From a bacterium (GTDB lineage Bacteria > UBA8248 > JACPRG01 > G963555815), in the NCBI GenBank assembly GCA_965218795.1, contig OZ244653.1, positions 1,888,001 through 1,952,000 of the forward strand: a stretch of DNA of 64,000 nt, given 5' to 3'. The notes beneath the pieces were generated by a model. It worked only from the letters and a program-made list of their open reading frames with translations. It searched no databases and was not told the DNA's origin. Made by a program: the position numbers and the translations under genes. Below are positions 50,625-60,496 of this stretch, one piece after another; the first letter of the stretch is position 1; each line of letters opens with the position of its first letter.

Positions 50625-50761
50625 AGAACCAGGCCGAGAAGACCATAGACGCACAGCGGGCATGAGATCCCTCATGCCCGCTTCTTCATTGAATTTCTGG
50701 AATAGCGCTGTCCAATCGGGATTCCAGTGGATAGCGATTCCGAGATCGAAAGGGAGAGCCT

Positions 50762-51175
50762 ATGAAGGCCCACACCGAATACTTCTGGTTCAGCACCAAA
50801 AATCACCGTGAATACCTCAACATCACGGACAAGGTGGAGGAGACCGTTCAAAAAAGCGGTATTCAGGAGGGGATGGCCCTGGTCTCGGCCATGCATATCA
50901 CGGCGTCCGTTTACGTCAACGACGCCGAATCGGGACTGATCGCCGACATCGAAGACTGGCTTCAGGAATTGGCGCCGGAAGGTCCGGACTACCGCCATCA
51001 TCGAACCGGCGAAACCAACGGGGACGCCCATCTCAAGAGCCTGTTGATGCACCATCAGGTGATCGTTCCCATCACCGGGGGACGGCTCGACCTGGGCCCC
51101 TGGCAACAGGTCTATTACGCAGAGTTTGACGGCCGGCGAAGGAAGCGCCTGATCATCAAGGTGATGGGCGAGTGA
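50762..51175 (+). CDS. yjbQ: YjbQ/UPF0047 family protein
   Basis: [24 protein letters not shown]. Confidence 0.92.
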   Translation: MKAHTEYFWFSTKNHREYLNITDKVEETVQKSGIQEGMALVSAMHITASVYVNDAESGLIADIEDWLQELAPEGPDYRHHRTGETNGDAHLKSLLMHHQVIVPITGGRLDLGPWQQVYYAEFDGRRRKRLIIKVMGE

Positions 51176-51304
51176 CAGCCCCGGCTCCCATCTGGAATCC
51201 GATCCTGAAATGCGTTACAATTCGTCGGTTCTCGTGAGTCTTTCCGGGAAGGGTTCGATGTTCCTCCCCGTTCCATCCTGTAAGCAATACCCGATTCGAA
51301 CGAA

Positions 51305-52489
51305 ATGATTGTAGGAATTCCCAAAGAGACCTTTCCGGATGAACGCCGTGTGGCGATGATCCCTTCTCAGATTTCCGCACTCATCCAGGCGGGGCTCGAA
51401 GTGCTCGTCGAGCCGGGGGCCGGGGCGGCCGCCGGCGTCCCCGATTCCGAATATCAGGAAAAAGAGGGTCGGATGGCCGGATCCCGGGCGGATGCGTTCG
51501 GCGGGGCGGACATCGTCCTTCAGGTCCGGACGCTCGGCGCCAACCCGGATGCGGGCCAGGCCGATCTCGACCTGATGCGCTCGGGGCAGACCCTGATGGG
51601 CTTCTGTGAGCCGCTTACGCCGGGCGAAGCACTACCATCCCTGGCGTCGCGCGGGGTCTCTCTGTTCTCCGTCGAGCTCCTGCCCAGAATCGCACGCGCC
51701 CAGAGCATGGACGCGCTTTCGTCCATGGCCACGGTTTCTGGCTACAAAGCGGTCCTCCTGGCGGCCAACCATCTTCCCAGAATGTTCCCCATGCTCATGA
51801 CCGCGGCGGGCACCATGGCGCCGGCCCGGGTGCTCATCATCGGCGCGGGGGTGGCGGGTTTGCAGGCGATCGCCACGGCCAACCGACTGGGCGCCGTCGT
51901 GCAGGCCTACGATGTGCGTCCCGCCGTCAAGGAACAAGCGGAGAGCCTTGGGGCCAAGTTCGTAGAACTTCCGCTCGAATCCGAAGACGCCGAAGACCGG
52001 GGCGGCTACGCCACCGACCTGGGAGAGGATTTTTACCGGAAGCAGCAAGAACTGATGGGAAAAGTGGTCAGCGAGAGCGACGTGGTCATCTGTACAGCGG
52101 CGGTCCCCGGGAAGAAGGCCCCCATCCTGGTCACCGCGAAGATGGTGGAAGGGATGTCTCCCGGCTCCGTCATCGTGGATCTGGCCGCCGAACGAGGCGG
52201 CAATTGTGAGCTCACCCGCCCGGAACAAACCATCGTCGAACACGACATAACGATCATCGGTCCGGCGAACCTACCGTCCACCATTCCCTATCACGCCAGC
52301 CAGATGTACGCCAAGAACATCGCCACCTTCCTTCTGCACCTCGTGAAGGACGGGCAATTGACCATCGACCTGGAGGATGAGATCACGCGTGCAACCCTCG
52401 TAACGCGGGGGGGAGACGTGGTCCATCCCAGGGTGCGTGAAGTCCTCGGCCTGGCGGGAGGGTCTTCCGATGGAGGGGAGAACGCCTGA
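51305..52489 (+). CDS. pntA: NAD(P) transhydrogenase alpha subunit part 1
   Basis: ERRVA, RAQSMDALSS, GAGVAGLQA, DLAAERGGNC. Confidence 0.95.
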   Translation: MIVGIPKETFPDERRVAMIPSQISALIQAGLEVLVEPGAGAAAGVPDSEYQEKEGRMAGSRADAFGGADIVLQVRTLGANPDAGQADLDLMRSGQTLMGFCEPLTPGEALPSLASRGVSLFSVELLPRIARAQSMDALSSMATVSGYKAVLLAANHLPRMFPMLMTAAGTMAPARVLIIGAGVAGLQAIATANRLGAVVQAYDVRPAVKEQAESLGAKFVELPLESEDAEDRGGYATDLGEDFYRKQQELMGKVVSESDVVICTAAVPGKKAPILVTAKMVEGMSPGSVIVDLAAERGGNCELTRPEQTIVEHDITIIGPANLPSTIPYHASQMYAKNIATFLLHLVKDGQLTIDLEDEITRATLVTRGGDVVHPRVREVLGLAGGSSDGGENA

Positions 52490-52767
52490 TGGATTTCGTC
52501 ACGATCCTGACCATCTTCGTCCTCGCGATGTATATCGGCTGGGAGGTCATTACGAAGGTCCCGCCCACGCTTCATACCCCGCTGATGTCGGGGTCGAACG
52601 CCATCTCCGGGATCACCATCATCGGGGCCCTCCTCGCCGTGGGAACGCAGGAGTCAACACTGACCACAATCCTCGGGCTGATCGCCTTGATCTTCGGAAC
52701 CATCAACGCGGTGGGCGGGTTTCTGGTCACGAACCGAATGCTCGGAATGTTCCGGAAGAAAGACTGA
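52489..52767 (+). CDS. pntA: NAD(P) transhydrogenase alpha subunit part 2
   Basis: LHTPLMSGSNAISG, GGFLVTNRML. Confidence 0.95.
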   Translation: MDFVTILTIFVLAMYIGWEVITKVPPTLHTPLMSGSNAISGITIIGALLAVGTQESTLTTILGLIALIFGTINAVGGFLVTNRMLGMFRKKD

Positions 52768-52770
52768 GCC

Positions 52771-54162
52771 TTGCAACTCTCCCTGATCAACCTCTCTTAT
52801 CTCGTCGCCTCGGCCTTGTTCATCGCCGGCCTGAAGGGGCTGGCCCACCCGCGGACAGCCGTCCGCGGCAACCTCATGAGCGCGGTCGGGATGCTCCTGG
52901 CCATCGTGGTGACGCTCGTGAACCGAAGGATCCTGAGCTACGAGATGATCGTCGTCGGGTTCATCATCGGCGCGGCGATCGGCGCGGTCCTTGCCCTCAA
53001 GATACAAATGACCGCCATGCCGCAGATGGTCGCGCTGTTGAACGGCTTCGGGGGCGGCGCGTCGGTTCTCGTGGCCGCGGCGGCCTTGGCCATGGCCGGA
53101 ATGAAGACCGGACCGCTCGACAACCAGTTCACGGTGGCGACCGCCGCTTCAGGAATCATCGGGGCCGTCACGTTTTGGGGCAGCCTCGTAGCCTTCGCCA
53201 AGCTTCAGGAGCTCATGTCCGGGAATGCCATTCTGTTCACCGGTCAGCAGGTCTTGAACGCCCTCCTCGGGGCCGTGACCCTCGCCATCGCCGTTTGGCT
53301 GGTCAACGACCCGCACGCCTTCTGGAACTATTGGTTGCTGGTGGCGATTGCCTCCGTTCTCGGCATCCTGCTGGTGATTCCGATCGGCGGCGCCGACATG
53401 CCCGTTGTCATCGCCCTCCTGAATTCCTATTCGGGTCTGGCGGCGACAGCCACGGGCTTCGTCCTGAACAACAATATCCTCATCATCGCGGGCTCGCTGG
53501 TGGGGGCCTCGGGTATCATCCTCACGCGGATCATGTGCAAGGCCATGAACCGGTCGATGACCAACGTGCTGTTCGGCGTCCTGGGGCCCGTGGAGGGCCA
53601 GACCGCCACGGCGGATGAGGTCTACGAGGGCAAGATCAAATCCGTCTCGTCCGAGGAAGTGGCGATGGTGTTCGACACGGCTCGCAAGGTGGCCATCGTC
53701 CCCGGTTACGGGATGGCCGTCGCCCAGGCCCAGCACGCCGTCCGTGACCTGACGGAACTGCTGGAATCCAAGGGCGTCGAGGTGCTCTATGGCATACATC
53801 CCGTCGCGGGCCGGATGCCGGGCCACATGAACGTCCTGCTCGCCGAGGCCAACGTCCCGTACGACCAGCTCAAGGAAATGGACCAAATCAATCCGTTCAT
53901 GGAGCAGATAGACGTCGCCCTGATCATCGGAGCGAACGACACCGTCAATCCGGTCGCGCGTTCCGACCCCTCCAGCCCGATCGCCGGGATGCCCATTATC
54001 GACGTCGACAAGGCCCGCACCGTGATCGTCATCAAGCGCAGCCTGAGCCCGGGATTTGCCGGCATCCCCAACCCGCTGTTCGCTTTGGACAACACGCTGA
54101 TGTACTTCGGAGACGGGCAGAAGGCGGTGTTGGATCTCATCGGAGCCATCAAGGAATCCTGA
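52771..54162 (+). CDS. pntB: NAD(P) transhydrogenase beta subunit
   Basis: GGADMPVVI, CKAMNRS, IHPVAGRMPGHMNVLLAEA. Confidence 0.96.
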   Translation: MQLSLINLSYLVASALFIAGLKGLAHPRTAVRGNLMSAVGMLLAIVVTLVNRRILSYEMIVVGFIIGAAIGAVLALKIQMTAMPQMVALLNGFGGGASVLVAAAALAMAGMKTGPLDNQFTVATAASGIIGAVTFWGSLVAFAKLQELMSGNAILFTGQQVLNALLGAVTLAIAVWLVNDPHAFWNYWLLVAIASVLGILLVIPIGGADMPVVIALLNSYSGLAATATGFVLNNNILIIAGSLVGASGIILTRIMCKAMNRSMTNVLFGVLGPVEGQTATADEVYEGKIKSVSSEEVAMVFDTARKVAIVPGYGMAVAQAQHAVRDLTELLESKGVEVLYGIHPVAGRMPGHMNVLLAEANVPYDQLKEMDQINPFMEQIDVALIIGANDTVNPVARSDPSSPIAGMPIIDVDKARTVIVIKRSLSPGFAGIPNPLFALDNTLMYFGDGQKAVLDLIGAIKES

Positions 54163-54242
54163 TTCCCCGTCGCTGGACATCCGGGCGCGTCCAGCGGACC
54201 CCCCGGAATTGTTCATTCCCTCGCGAGAAACCCCAATCCGGA

Positions 54243-54370
54243 CTACCCCGGCAACTGGACGGCCAGGCCGGAGATCCGGTTGGCTTGGCTGAGGATGGCA
54301 GTGGAGGTCTGGGTTTTCGTGAGCGCGGCCGGCTCCTGCGCGATGTCTGCATCCCGCAACACCGAGGAGC
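54243..54370 (-). pseudogene. Flagellin C-terminal remnant
   Basis: SVLRDADIAQEPAALTKTQ-TSTAILSQANRISGLAVQLPG*. Confidence 0.7.
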
Positions 54371-54587
54371 ACGGGCATTGCCACACCCCTGTTCCCTCGT
54401 TTTCGGCAGGCTCCGGAAATCGCTGAATGGAGGAGGTATCTTGAAAATGGAAAATTGCAGGAAAATACGACAACCCGCGGCCGTCAAGCACTCCGTCAAC
54501 TGCCCGCGGTGCGGCCAGGGTGTTCCAGCGATCGGTGAAGCTGATGTGCTATCGCCCCGCGATCAAGCCTCGTGCCCAGCGCCTTTT

Positions 54588-55277
54588 TCAGCAGCACCCT
54601 TTCACCCAGCCTCGCTCAACGTTCGGCTCACAGCGAATCCAATCATAGACCCGCGCGGCGAGGAGCGCCCCCGCGATTGGACCGATCCAGTACACCCAAT
54701 GGGCGGAGAAATAACCCCCGACCAATGCCGGACCGAAGGATCGCGCCGGGTTCATCGAGGCGCCTGAAATCGGTCCCGCGAACAGAGCCTCGAGCCCGAC
54801 CGTAGCTCCAATGGCGATGGCCGCCATGGAGCCGTTGGCCCGGGCGTCTGTCGCCACGGCCATGATAACGAACATCAGGAAGAAAGTCAGGAAGAACTCG
54901 AGACCGAGCGACTGGCCTGCCGAGCCAGCCGGAAAAGTCGCGCCCAAGGCGGCATGATTCCCGATGAGGCCCCGGATGGCGAGGCTGGCGAAGCAGGCGC
55001 CCAGCAATTGGGCCGTTACGTAGGACGGAACCTCCCGACCCGGGAAACGGCCCACCCCCCAAAAAGCGAGTGTAACGGCCGGGTTGATGTGAGCACCTGA
55101 GATGTGGCCCGTGGCGAAAACCATCGCGGCGATGACCAGACCGAAGGTCAGACCGATCCCCACATGGGAGACAGCGCCGCCGCTCGCCTGGTTGATGACC
55201 AACGCGCCCGTCCCCGCAAAGACAAGGCCGAAGGTGCCGATGAATTCAGCCGCCGATCGCTGAACCAATGATTTCAT
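54588..55277 (-). CDS. MIP family aquaporin (likely arsenite channel)
   Basis: SGAHINPA and SMNPAR; downstream of arsC; ends GCC. Confidence 0.92.
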   Translation of the reverse strand: MKSLVQRSAAEFIGTFGLVFAGTGALVINQASGGAVSHVGIGLTFGLVIAAMVFATGHISGAHINPAVTLAFWGVGRFPGREVPSYVTAQLLGACFASLAIRGLIGNHAALGATFPAGSAGQSLGLEFFLTFFLMFVIMAVATDARANGSMAAIAIGATVGLEALFAGPISGASMNPARSFGPALVGGYFSAHWVYWIGPIAGALLAARVYDWIRCEPNVERGWVKGCC

Positions 55278-55346
55278 CGTTCTCTCCCTTACAACTGATT
55301 CGCGCCTCCCGAAACAGGAGCCACGACCAAGTCCGAAGAAAGGTCG

Positions 55347-55784
55347 TCATTCGGCTTGGTGAAGGGCCTCCGGTAATGATTCGATGAACGCCCGTATCTC
55401 ATCCCTCACCCTCGCAAACGTGGCCAGGATTTTCTCCTCGCTCCCCCGCGCCTTGGCCGGATCGTCGAAGCCTCGATGAATCACCGCGGCATCCCCCTGG
55501 AAGGTGGGGCAATGTTGGTCGGCATGACCGCAAACGGTGACAACATAGTCGAATCGGACTTGTTCCAGTGCGTCCACGGTTTTCGATTTCTGGCCCGAGA
55601 TTTCAACACCGGCGGAGCGCATGGCCTTCACTGCCCTGGGATTGAGCCCGTGGGCCTCTATGCCGGCAGAAAAAGGTTCAATCTGATCTCCTTTGAGATG
55701 CCAGGCCCATCCTTCCGCCATCTGGCTGCGACAGGAGTTCCCCGTACACAGGAAAAGAACCTTCAGCTTTTTGTCCGGTGTCAC
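55347..55784 (-). CDS. arsC: Thioredoxin-type (LMWP family) arsenate reductase
   Basis: CTGNSCRSQMAEG, VTVC...HCP, FDDP. Confidence 0.92.
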   Translation of the reverse strand: MTPDKKLKVLFLCTGNSCRSQMAEGWAWHLKGDQIEPFSAGIEAHGLNPRAVKAMRSAGVEISGQKSKTVDALEQVRFDYVVTVCGHADQHCPTFQGDAAVIHRGFDDPAKARGSEEKILATFARVRDEIRAFIESLPEALHQAE

Positions 55785-55985
55785 CTTTCAACCCTTCGAA
55801 GTTTCCCGCACCGGGCCATTTTCAAGAAAAAGATCATCCTCGGCGCGTCTTCTTACTGAAATCCTGCGGTCTGATCCTACCGTCATCCAGCCGGAAAGAA
55901 CCGTGACGGTTCTGTGGAAACCGCATCTTCCAGCGGGACTGATGGACCTAATGGGACGGAGTGCCGCGGGGGAGGTGGCGCGCCC

Positions 55986-56891
55986 TCATCCCCCCTGGGC
56001 CGAAAAGGCCAGAATGGCGGCAACGGCAAACGCGAGGCCGATTATTTTTGAACGCGTCAACGGCTCCCCGAGGAATATTGCAGCCCAGATCATCGTCACC
56101 AGAAAGCTGAGTTGAACGATCGGAACCACCACGCTGGCGTTCCCGCCCCTTCGGAATGCGAACAGCATCAGGCTGAACGAAATCGCTTTCAGGCATCCGG
56201 TCATCGGAAGGAACACCCAGTTGGCTCTCGGCATCGAATACCTCTTCCTCGCGACAACCAGGATGCAAGCGCAGACGGCCCACGACATCGAGCCCAGGAC
56301 GATCGCCCATCCAATGTTCGCTCCCTCCTGGATGCCGATCTTCAGAGTGACCCCCAGCATGGCGAAGAGGACCATGGCCAGAAGAGCAAGGCCGATCGAC
56401 CGCCCCGAGCCCGTCCCGTTCGTCTTCCGGCGGCCTGCGAGCAGGGTCACCGATGCGATGCCGAGAGCCGCGAAGATCAGCCCCGCGCCCACGGCGGCGG
56501 TCCAAGGCTCGCCCAGCCAAAGGATCGCGAAGACCGCCACCAGGACGAAATTCAGACGGAAAATCAGCGTGTTGACGCCGACCTCCCCTTCGCGCAATGA
56601 AGAGACAAAGAAATAAACGGCCCAGAAGGAAAACACCCCGAAGACCAGACCATACAGGACCGTGGCCTGATTGATGATCAACCCTTCCATCAGATACCCG
56701 AACAGCAGGGCGACGCCGGCGAACGGGACGCACTCGACGGCGAAGTAGGACTCGAAGACGACCCCTCTTTCCTGAGCCCGCTTGTAGATGAAGTCGGAGG
56801 TGCCCTGCGTCACCATGCTGAGTACGGCCAGAAGAATATTGAGCACGGACGCGCCGCTCCCTTTCGCGCGATTGGAGGCATCCGTCGGCAA
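55986..56891 (-). CDS. EamA/DMT family transporter (start uncertain)
   Basis: Two EamA repeats (WLGEP, FLGEP). Confidence 0.85.
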   Translation of the reverse strand: MPTDASNRAKGSGASVLNILLAVLSMVTQGTSDFIYKRAQERGVVFESYFAVECVPFAGVALLFGYLMEGLIINQATVLYGLVFGVFSFWAVYFFVSSLREGEVGVNTLIFRLNFVLVAVFAILWLGEPWTAAVGAGLIFAALGIASVTLLAGRRKTNGTGSGRSIGLALLAMVLFAMLGVTLKIGIQEGANIGWAIVLGSMSWAVCACILVVARKRYSMPRANWVFLPMTGCLKAISFSLMLFAFRRGGNASVVVPIVQLSFLVTMIWAAIFLGEPLTRSKIIGLAFAVAAILAFSAQGG

Positions 56892-56957
56892 GGCCGCCGA
56901 ACCCCTTCAGCCCGCCGGTCTCAGGGAAGGTCTTGAGGAAGGTAAATCAACCCCGGC

Positions 56958-57371
56958 CTAGGATGCGTTCCCGTAATCCTCGTCCGAGACCGCTTCCATC
57001 CATTCGGTGGGGCCGCCCATGGAATGGGCGATGTGCTCCATGGTCTCACCGGGGGAGGCCCCATGCCAATGCTTTTCCCCGGATGGGATGTATATAACGT
57101 CGTCCGGCCGGATGAGGTGCGCCTTTTCGCCCCTGTTTTTTTCGTCCCAGCTCTGAATCAGCCCCGCGCCTTGGGTGACGTGGAGGATTTGGCCAACCGG
57201 GTGGGTGTGCCAGTTCGTTCGGGCGCCGGGCTCAAATCGGACGTGGGCAACGCGCACCAAGATGCGGTCCTCGAGATTCAGCATGGGCGTCATTCCGACA
57301 AGCCCGGTAAAGTCATCCATCTCTTCCGGCGCCGCGAGCGGCGTGTCGTCCTTCAAAAAGAACTCCATCAT
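56958..57371 (-). CDS. Cupin domain protein
   Basis: FEPGARTNWHTHPVGQ, GEKHWHGA. Confidence 0.9.
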   Translation of the reverse strand: MMEFFLKDDTPLAAPEEMDDFTGLVGMTPMLNLEDRILVRVAHVRFEPGARTNWHTHPVGQILHVTQGAGLIQSWDEKNRGEKAHLIRPDDVIYIPSGEKHWHGASPGETMEHIAHSMGGPTEWMEAVSDEDYGNAS

Positions 57372-57431
57372 CCAATCCTCATTTTCAGTATTTCAGGCAG
57401 TCCCGAAGAGCGAAGTCTGATGAACGTCCGG

Positions 57432-58736
57432 TCAGGCCGCCAGCACGGACTCGAACGAGGCCTTCAGGATGTCCATGGCCCGGTCGACATCCGATCTGTC
57501 GATGTTCATGGGCGGTGTGATCCGAATGATATTCCCGGAAAGCCCTCCTTTCCCGAGGAGCAGGCCGCGTCGCCTGGTCTCCTCAAAGACCCGGTTGACG
57601 GCGTCGGGTGCAGGCCGCTTGTCTTCCCAGACCAGCTCGATAGCCTGCATCAGCCCCATCCCGCGGACATCGCCGATGACCGGGAACAATTCCTTCAGCT
57701 CGTTCAGCCGATTCGCCATGTGCGCGCCGACGACCTCGGAGTTGTAAACGATCTCCTCGCTGACCACGACGTCGATTGTGGCCAGGGCGGCCATGGTCGA
57801 TACCGGGTTTCCGCCGAACGTGGAGATCGTCAGCCCCTGCAGGCTGTCGGCCACTTCAGGCATGGCGACGGTGGCGCCGATGGGCGCGCCGTTCCCCAGC
57901 GTCTTGGCCATCGTCATGACCTCGGGCTCGGTGTTGAAGTGCTGAATGCCGAACATTTTTCCGCCCGTCCGGCCGAAACCCGTCTGGACTTCATCACAGA
58001 TGAAGACGCCCCCGTATTTCCGCACGATGTCCGTCACGACCTGGAAGTACTCCTTGGGCGGGACGATGAAACCGCCTACGCCTTGAATGGGCTCGGCGAT
58101 GAACGCCGCGATGGAACCGCTGGTTGCCGTCTGGATGACCTGCTCCACGTCGCGGGCGCAGAGCAAATCGCAGCTGGGGTAGGTTTGTTCGTACGGACAA
58201 CGGTAGCAGTAGGGATTGGGCGCATGGACCACGCCACCCATGGTCCCCGCCGCGGATGAGCGCCAGGGAGCCTGCCCCGTGAGGGACATGGCCATCCCCG
58301 TCCGACCGCTGTAGCCGGAGCGCAACGCGACGACCTCGTGGTTTCCCGTGTAACTTCTGGCCGCCAGGACGGCCGTTTCGTTCGCCTCGCTTCCACTGTT
58401 GGTGAAAAAAGATTTCTGCAGCTTTCCGGGCGTGATGTTGGCCAGTTTCTCGGCCAGGGCGACGGAAGGCTCCGTCAGATAGAGTGTCGAGGTATGCTGG
58501 ATCTTCTCCGCCTGCTCGCGGGTGCGCCTCGTGATCTCCGGATGGCAATGGCCGAGCCCGACGGTAAGAATGCCGCCGAAGAAATCCAGGTACTCCTGAC
58601 CGTCGGCGTCCTTGACCGTGGCCCCTTTGCCCTCTTCGACGACCAGCGGTTCCTCGTAATACGAAAAAGCGGCGGGAAAGACGTACTCCTTTGCCTTATC
58701 CCGGACTTTCTGCGACCGATTGTCGGAATCCGACAT
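57432..58736 (-). CDS. Class III PLP aminotransferase (AGXT2/omega-amino acid type)
   Basis: YLDFFGG, NSGSEANE, EPIQG, DEVQTGFGRTG, TMAK; ATG 58736. Confidence 0.92.
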   Translation of the reverse strand: MSDSDNRSQKVRDKAKEYVFPAAFSYYEEPLVVEEGKGATVKDADGQEYLDFFGGILTVGLGHCHPEITRRTREQAEKIQHTSTLYLTEPSVALAEKLANITPGKLQKSFFTNSGSEANETAVLAARSYTGNHEVVALRSGYSGRTGMAMSLTGQAPWRSSAAGTMGGVVHAPNPYCYRCPYEQTYPSCDLLCARDVEQVIQTATSGSIAAFIAEPIQGVGGFIVPPKEYFQVVTDIVRKYGGVFICDEVQTGFGRTGGKMFGIQHFNTEPEVMTMAKTLGNGAPIGATVAMPEVADSLQGLTISTFGGNPVSTMAALATIDVVVSEEIVYNSEVVGAHMANRLNELKELFPVIGDVRGMGLMQAIELVWEDKRPAPDAVNRVFEETRRRGLLLGKGGLSGNIIRITPPMNIDRSDVDRAMDILKASFESVLAA

Positions 58737-58937
58737 GGCGGCGTTTCCTTTCGTCACGGGGAATTCCTGCGAATCCCGTTTCCATCCCAATCCATGAGCC
58801 GAACGATGGGGCGTAGTCGTAAAGATACCCAAGACTGTTCAGCCGCTCAAGGAGGGCGGCATCAGGGAGAACGAAAGCTGGCAACAGAAATCAAAAGCGA
58901 CGCCGGGAGTCAAAATATCAAGGCGGGGGCCTCGCCC

Positions 58938-59471
58938 CTACGACGGTTCGACCATCTCCTCCCCACCCGCCGCGACGAGGGCTCTGGGATCGAGCAGGTC
59001 AGTGCCTTCAAATCGATGGGCGTTCCCGATGGCTTTTACGATCTTTGTGTACCCCGTACACCGGCACAGGTTTCCCCCGATCCCCTGATGAATGTCTTCC
59101 AGTTCGGGGCGGGGATTTCTGTCATACAGCGCCTTGGCCGCCATCAGCATTCCGGGAATACAGATCCCGCACTGCGCCGCTCCGTAATAGACAAACGCCG
59201 CCTGCAACGGGTGGATCTCGTCAACCGAGCGGGCGAGGCCCTCCACGGTCGTGACCTCCCGGCCCTCACATTCCACCGCGAGCGTCAGGCAGGAAAGCGC
59301 GAGGCTCCCGTCGATATTCACCGAACAGGCCCCGCAGTCTCCTGTGTCGCAGCCTTTCTTGCTTCCCGTCAGCCCGAGCATGGCGCGGTTGACATCCAAG
59401 AGCGACCAGTGGTCCTGAATCTCCATCTCATGCTCGACGTCATTGACCTTGAGGGCGATTTTCCTTTTCAT
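58938..59471 (-). CDS. Xanthine dehydrogenase family 2Fe-2S subunit
   Basis: GCDTGDCGAC, QCGIC, NLCRCTGY. Confidence 0.93.
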   Translation of the reverse strand: MKRKIALKVNDVEHEMEIQDHWSLLDVNRAMLGLTGSKKGCDTGDCGACSVNIDGSLALSCLTLAVECEGREVTTVEGLARSVDEIHPLQAAFVYYGAAQCGICIPGMLMAAKALYDRNPRPELEDIHQGIGGNLCRCTGYTKIVKAIGNAHRFEGTDLLDPRALVAAGGEEMVEPS

Positions 59472-60496
59472 CCACCTGTCTCCATCACTTCGAGCACCTC
59501 GGCATCACTTCGGCACCTCGAGACGGCACTTTGAATCGCGTCCCTGACTATCAGTTCAACCATCCTCTTCCGGTGCGGGGGCGGCATCACCGTAGTCTTC
59601 AGCGGGCGCGCCTGGGACCTGGCGGCTTTTGCCGCCATGCCGATGACCTCCTCTGTCGGCGGATTCCCCGTGAGGGTCTCTTCCACCTTGGGCGAGCGTT
59701 CAGGGGCGCAGCCGACCGCCGTCAGCGCAACCTGTACGTCGGCGCATCGCCCCTGTTCCAGACGAAGGGCGACGGCCACCCCCGCGAGCGGAAAATCCAC
59801 GCTGTCGCGAAGGCGGTATTTCTTGTAGGCCGACCCCGTACCCGGCGCAGGCGCCGGAACCAGGACATCGACGACCAACTCACCGGGTTCGAGTCCGATG
59901 GGCACCTTGCCGTCCCCCGTATACAGCTCGCGGACCGGCGCGGTGCGTACGCCCTTCGGCCCGGCGATCCTCATCTCCGCACCGAGGACCATAAAGGCCG
60001 GGGCCGTATCCCCCGAATAGTTCGCGTAGCACTCGGTGGCATCTTTCACGACAAAGCAGGCCTCCCCTCCCATCTTCAGGCACGGCCCCAATGTGCCGCG
60101 CCACATCTCGGATTGGTTAAAGTACCAGCATCGCGTATCAAGACAAAGATTTCCGCCCAGGGTTCCCATCGTCTGCTGGGCAATGGCGGCAACGCTGTGC
60201 GCGGCTTCGGCGATTGCCGCATAGCGAAGACGGACGACCTCGCTCTGGCTGAGGTCCCACAATTTCGTGGAAGCGCCGACGGCAAGCCCTTTCGATTCAT
60301 TGAAATCCAACCGGTGTAACTCGGGAAGCCGCTTGATGTCCACCACATACCGGGGTGTGAAGACGCGCTGCTTGAGCGAGACCAGCAAATCGGTCCCCCC
60401 GGCGAGAATCATGGCATCCGGGCCGTGCCGCTCCAGGAGGGCGCAAGCGTCCTCCAGGGAATCCGGCCGAACGTAATCGAACGCCGGCATGGTCAT
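59468..60496 (-). CDS. Xanthine dehydrogenase family FAD subunit with HcrB-type 4Fe-4S insert
   Basis: AGGTDL, TLGGNLC, RCWYFNQS...CLKMGGEAC...C. Confidence 0.9.
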   Translation of the reverse strand: MTMPAFDYVRPDSLEDACALLERHGPDAMILAGGTDLLVSLKQRVFTPRYVVDIKRLPELHRLDFNESKGLAVGASTKLWDLSQSEVVRLRYAAIAEAAHSVAAIAQQTMGTLGGNLCLDTRCWYFNQSEMWRGTLGPCLKMGGEACFVVKDATECYANYSGDTAPAFMVLGAEMRIAGPKGVRTAPVRELYTGDGKVPIGLEPGELVVDVLVPAPAPGTGSAYKKYRLRDSVDFPLAGVAVALRLEQGRCADVQVALTAVGCAPERSPKVEETLTGNPPTEEVIGMAAKAARSQARPLKTTVMPPPHRKRMVELIVRDAIQSAVSRCRSDAEVLEVMETGG

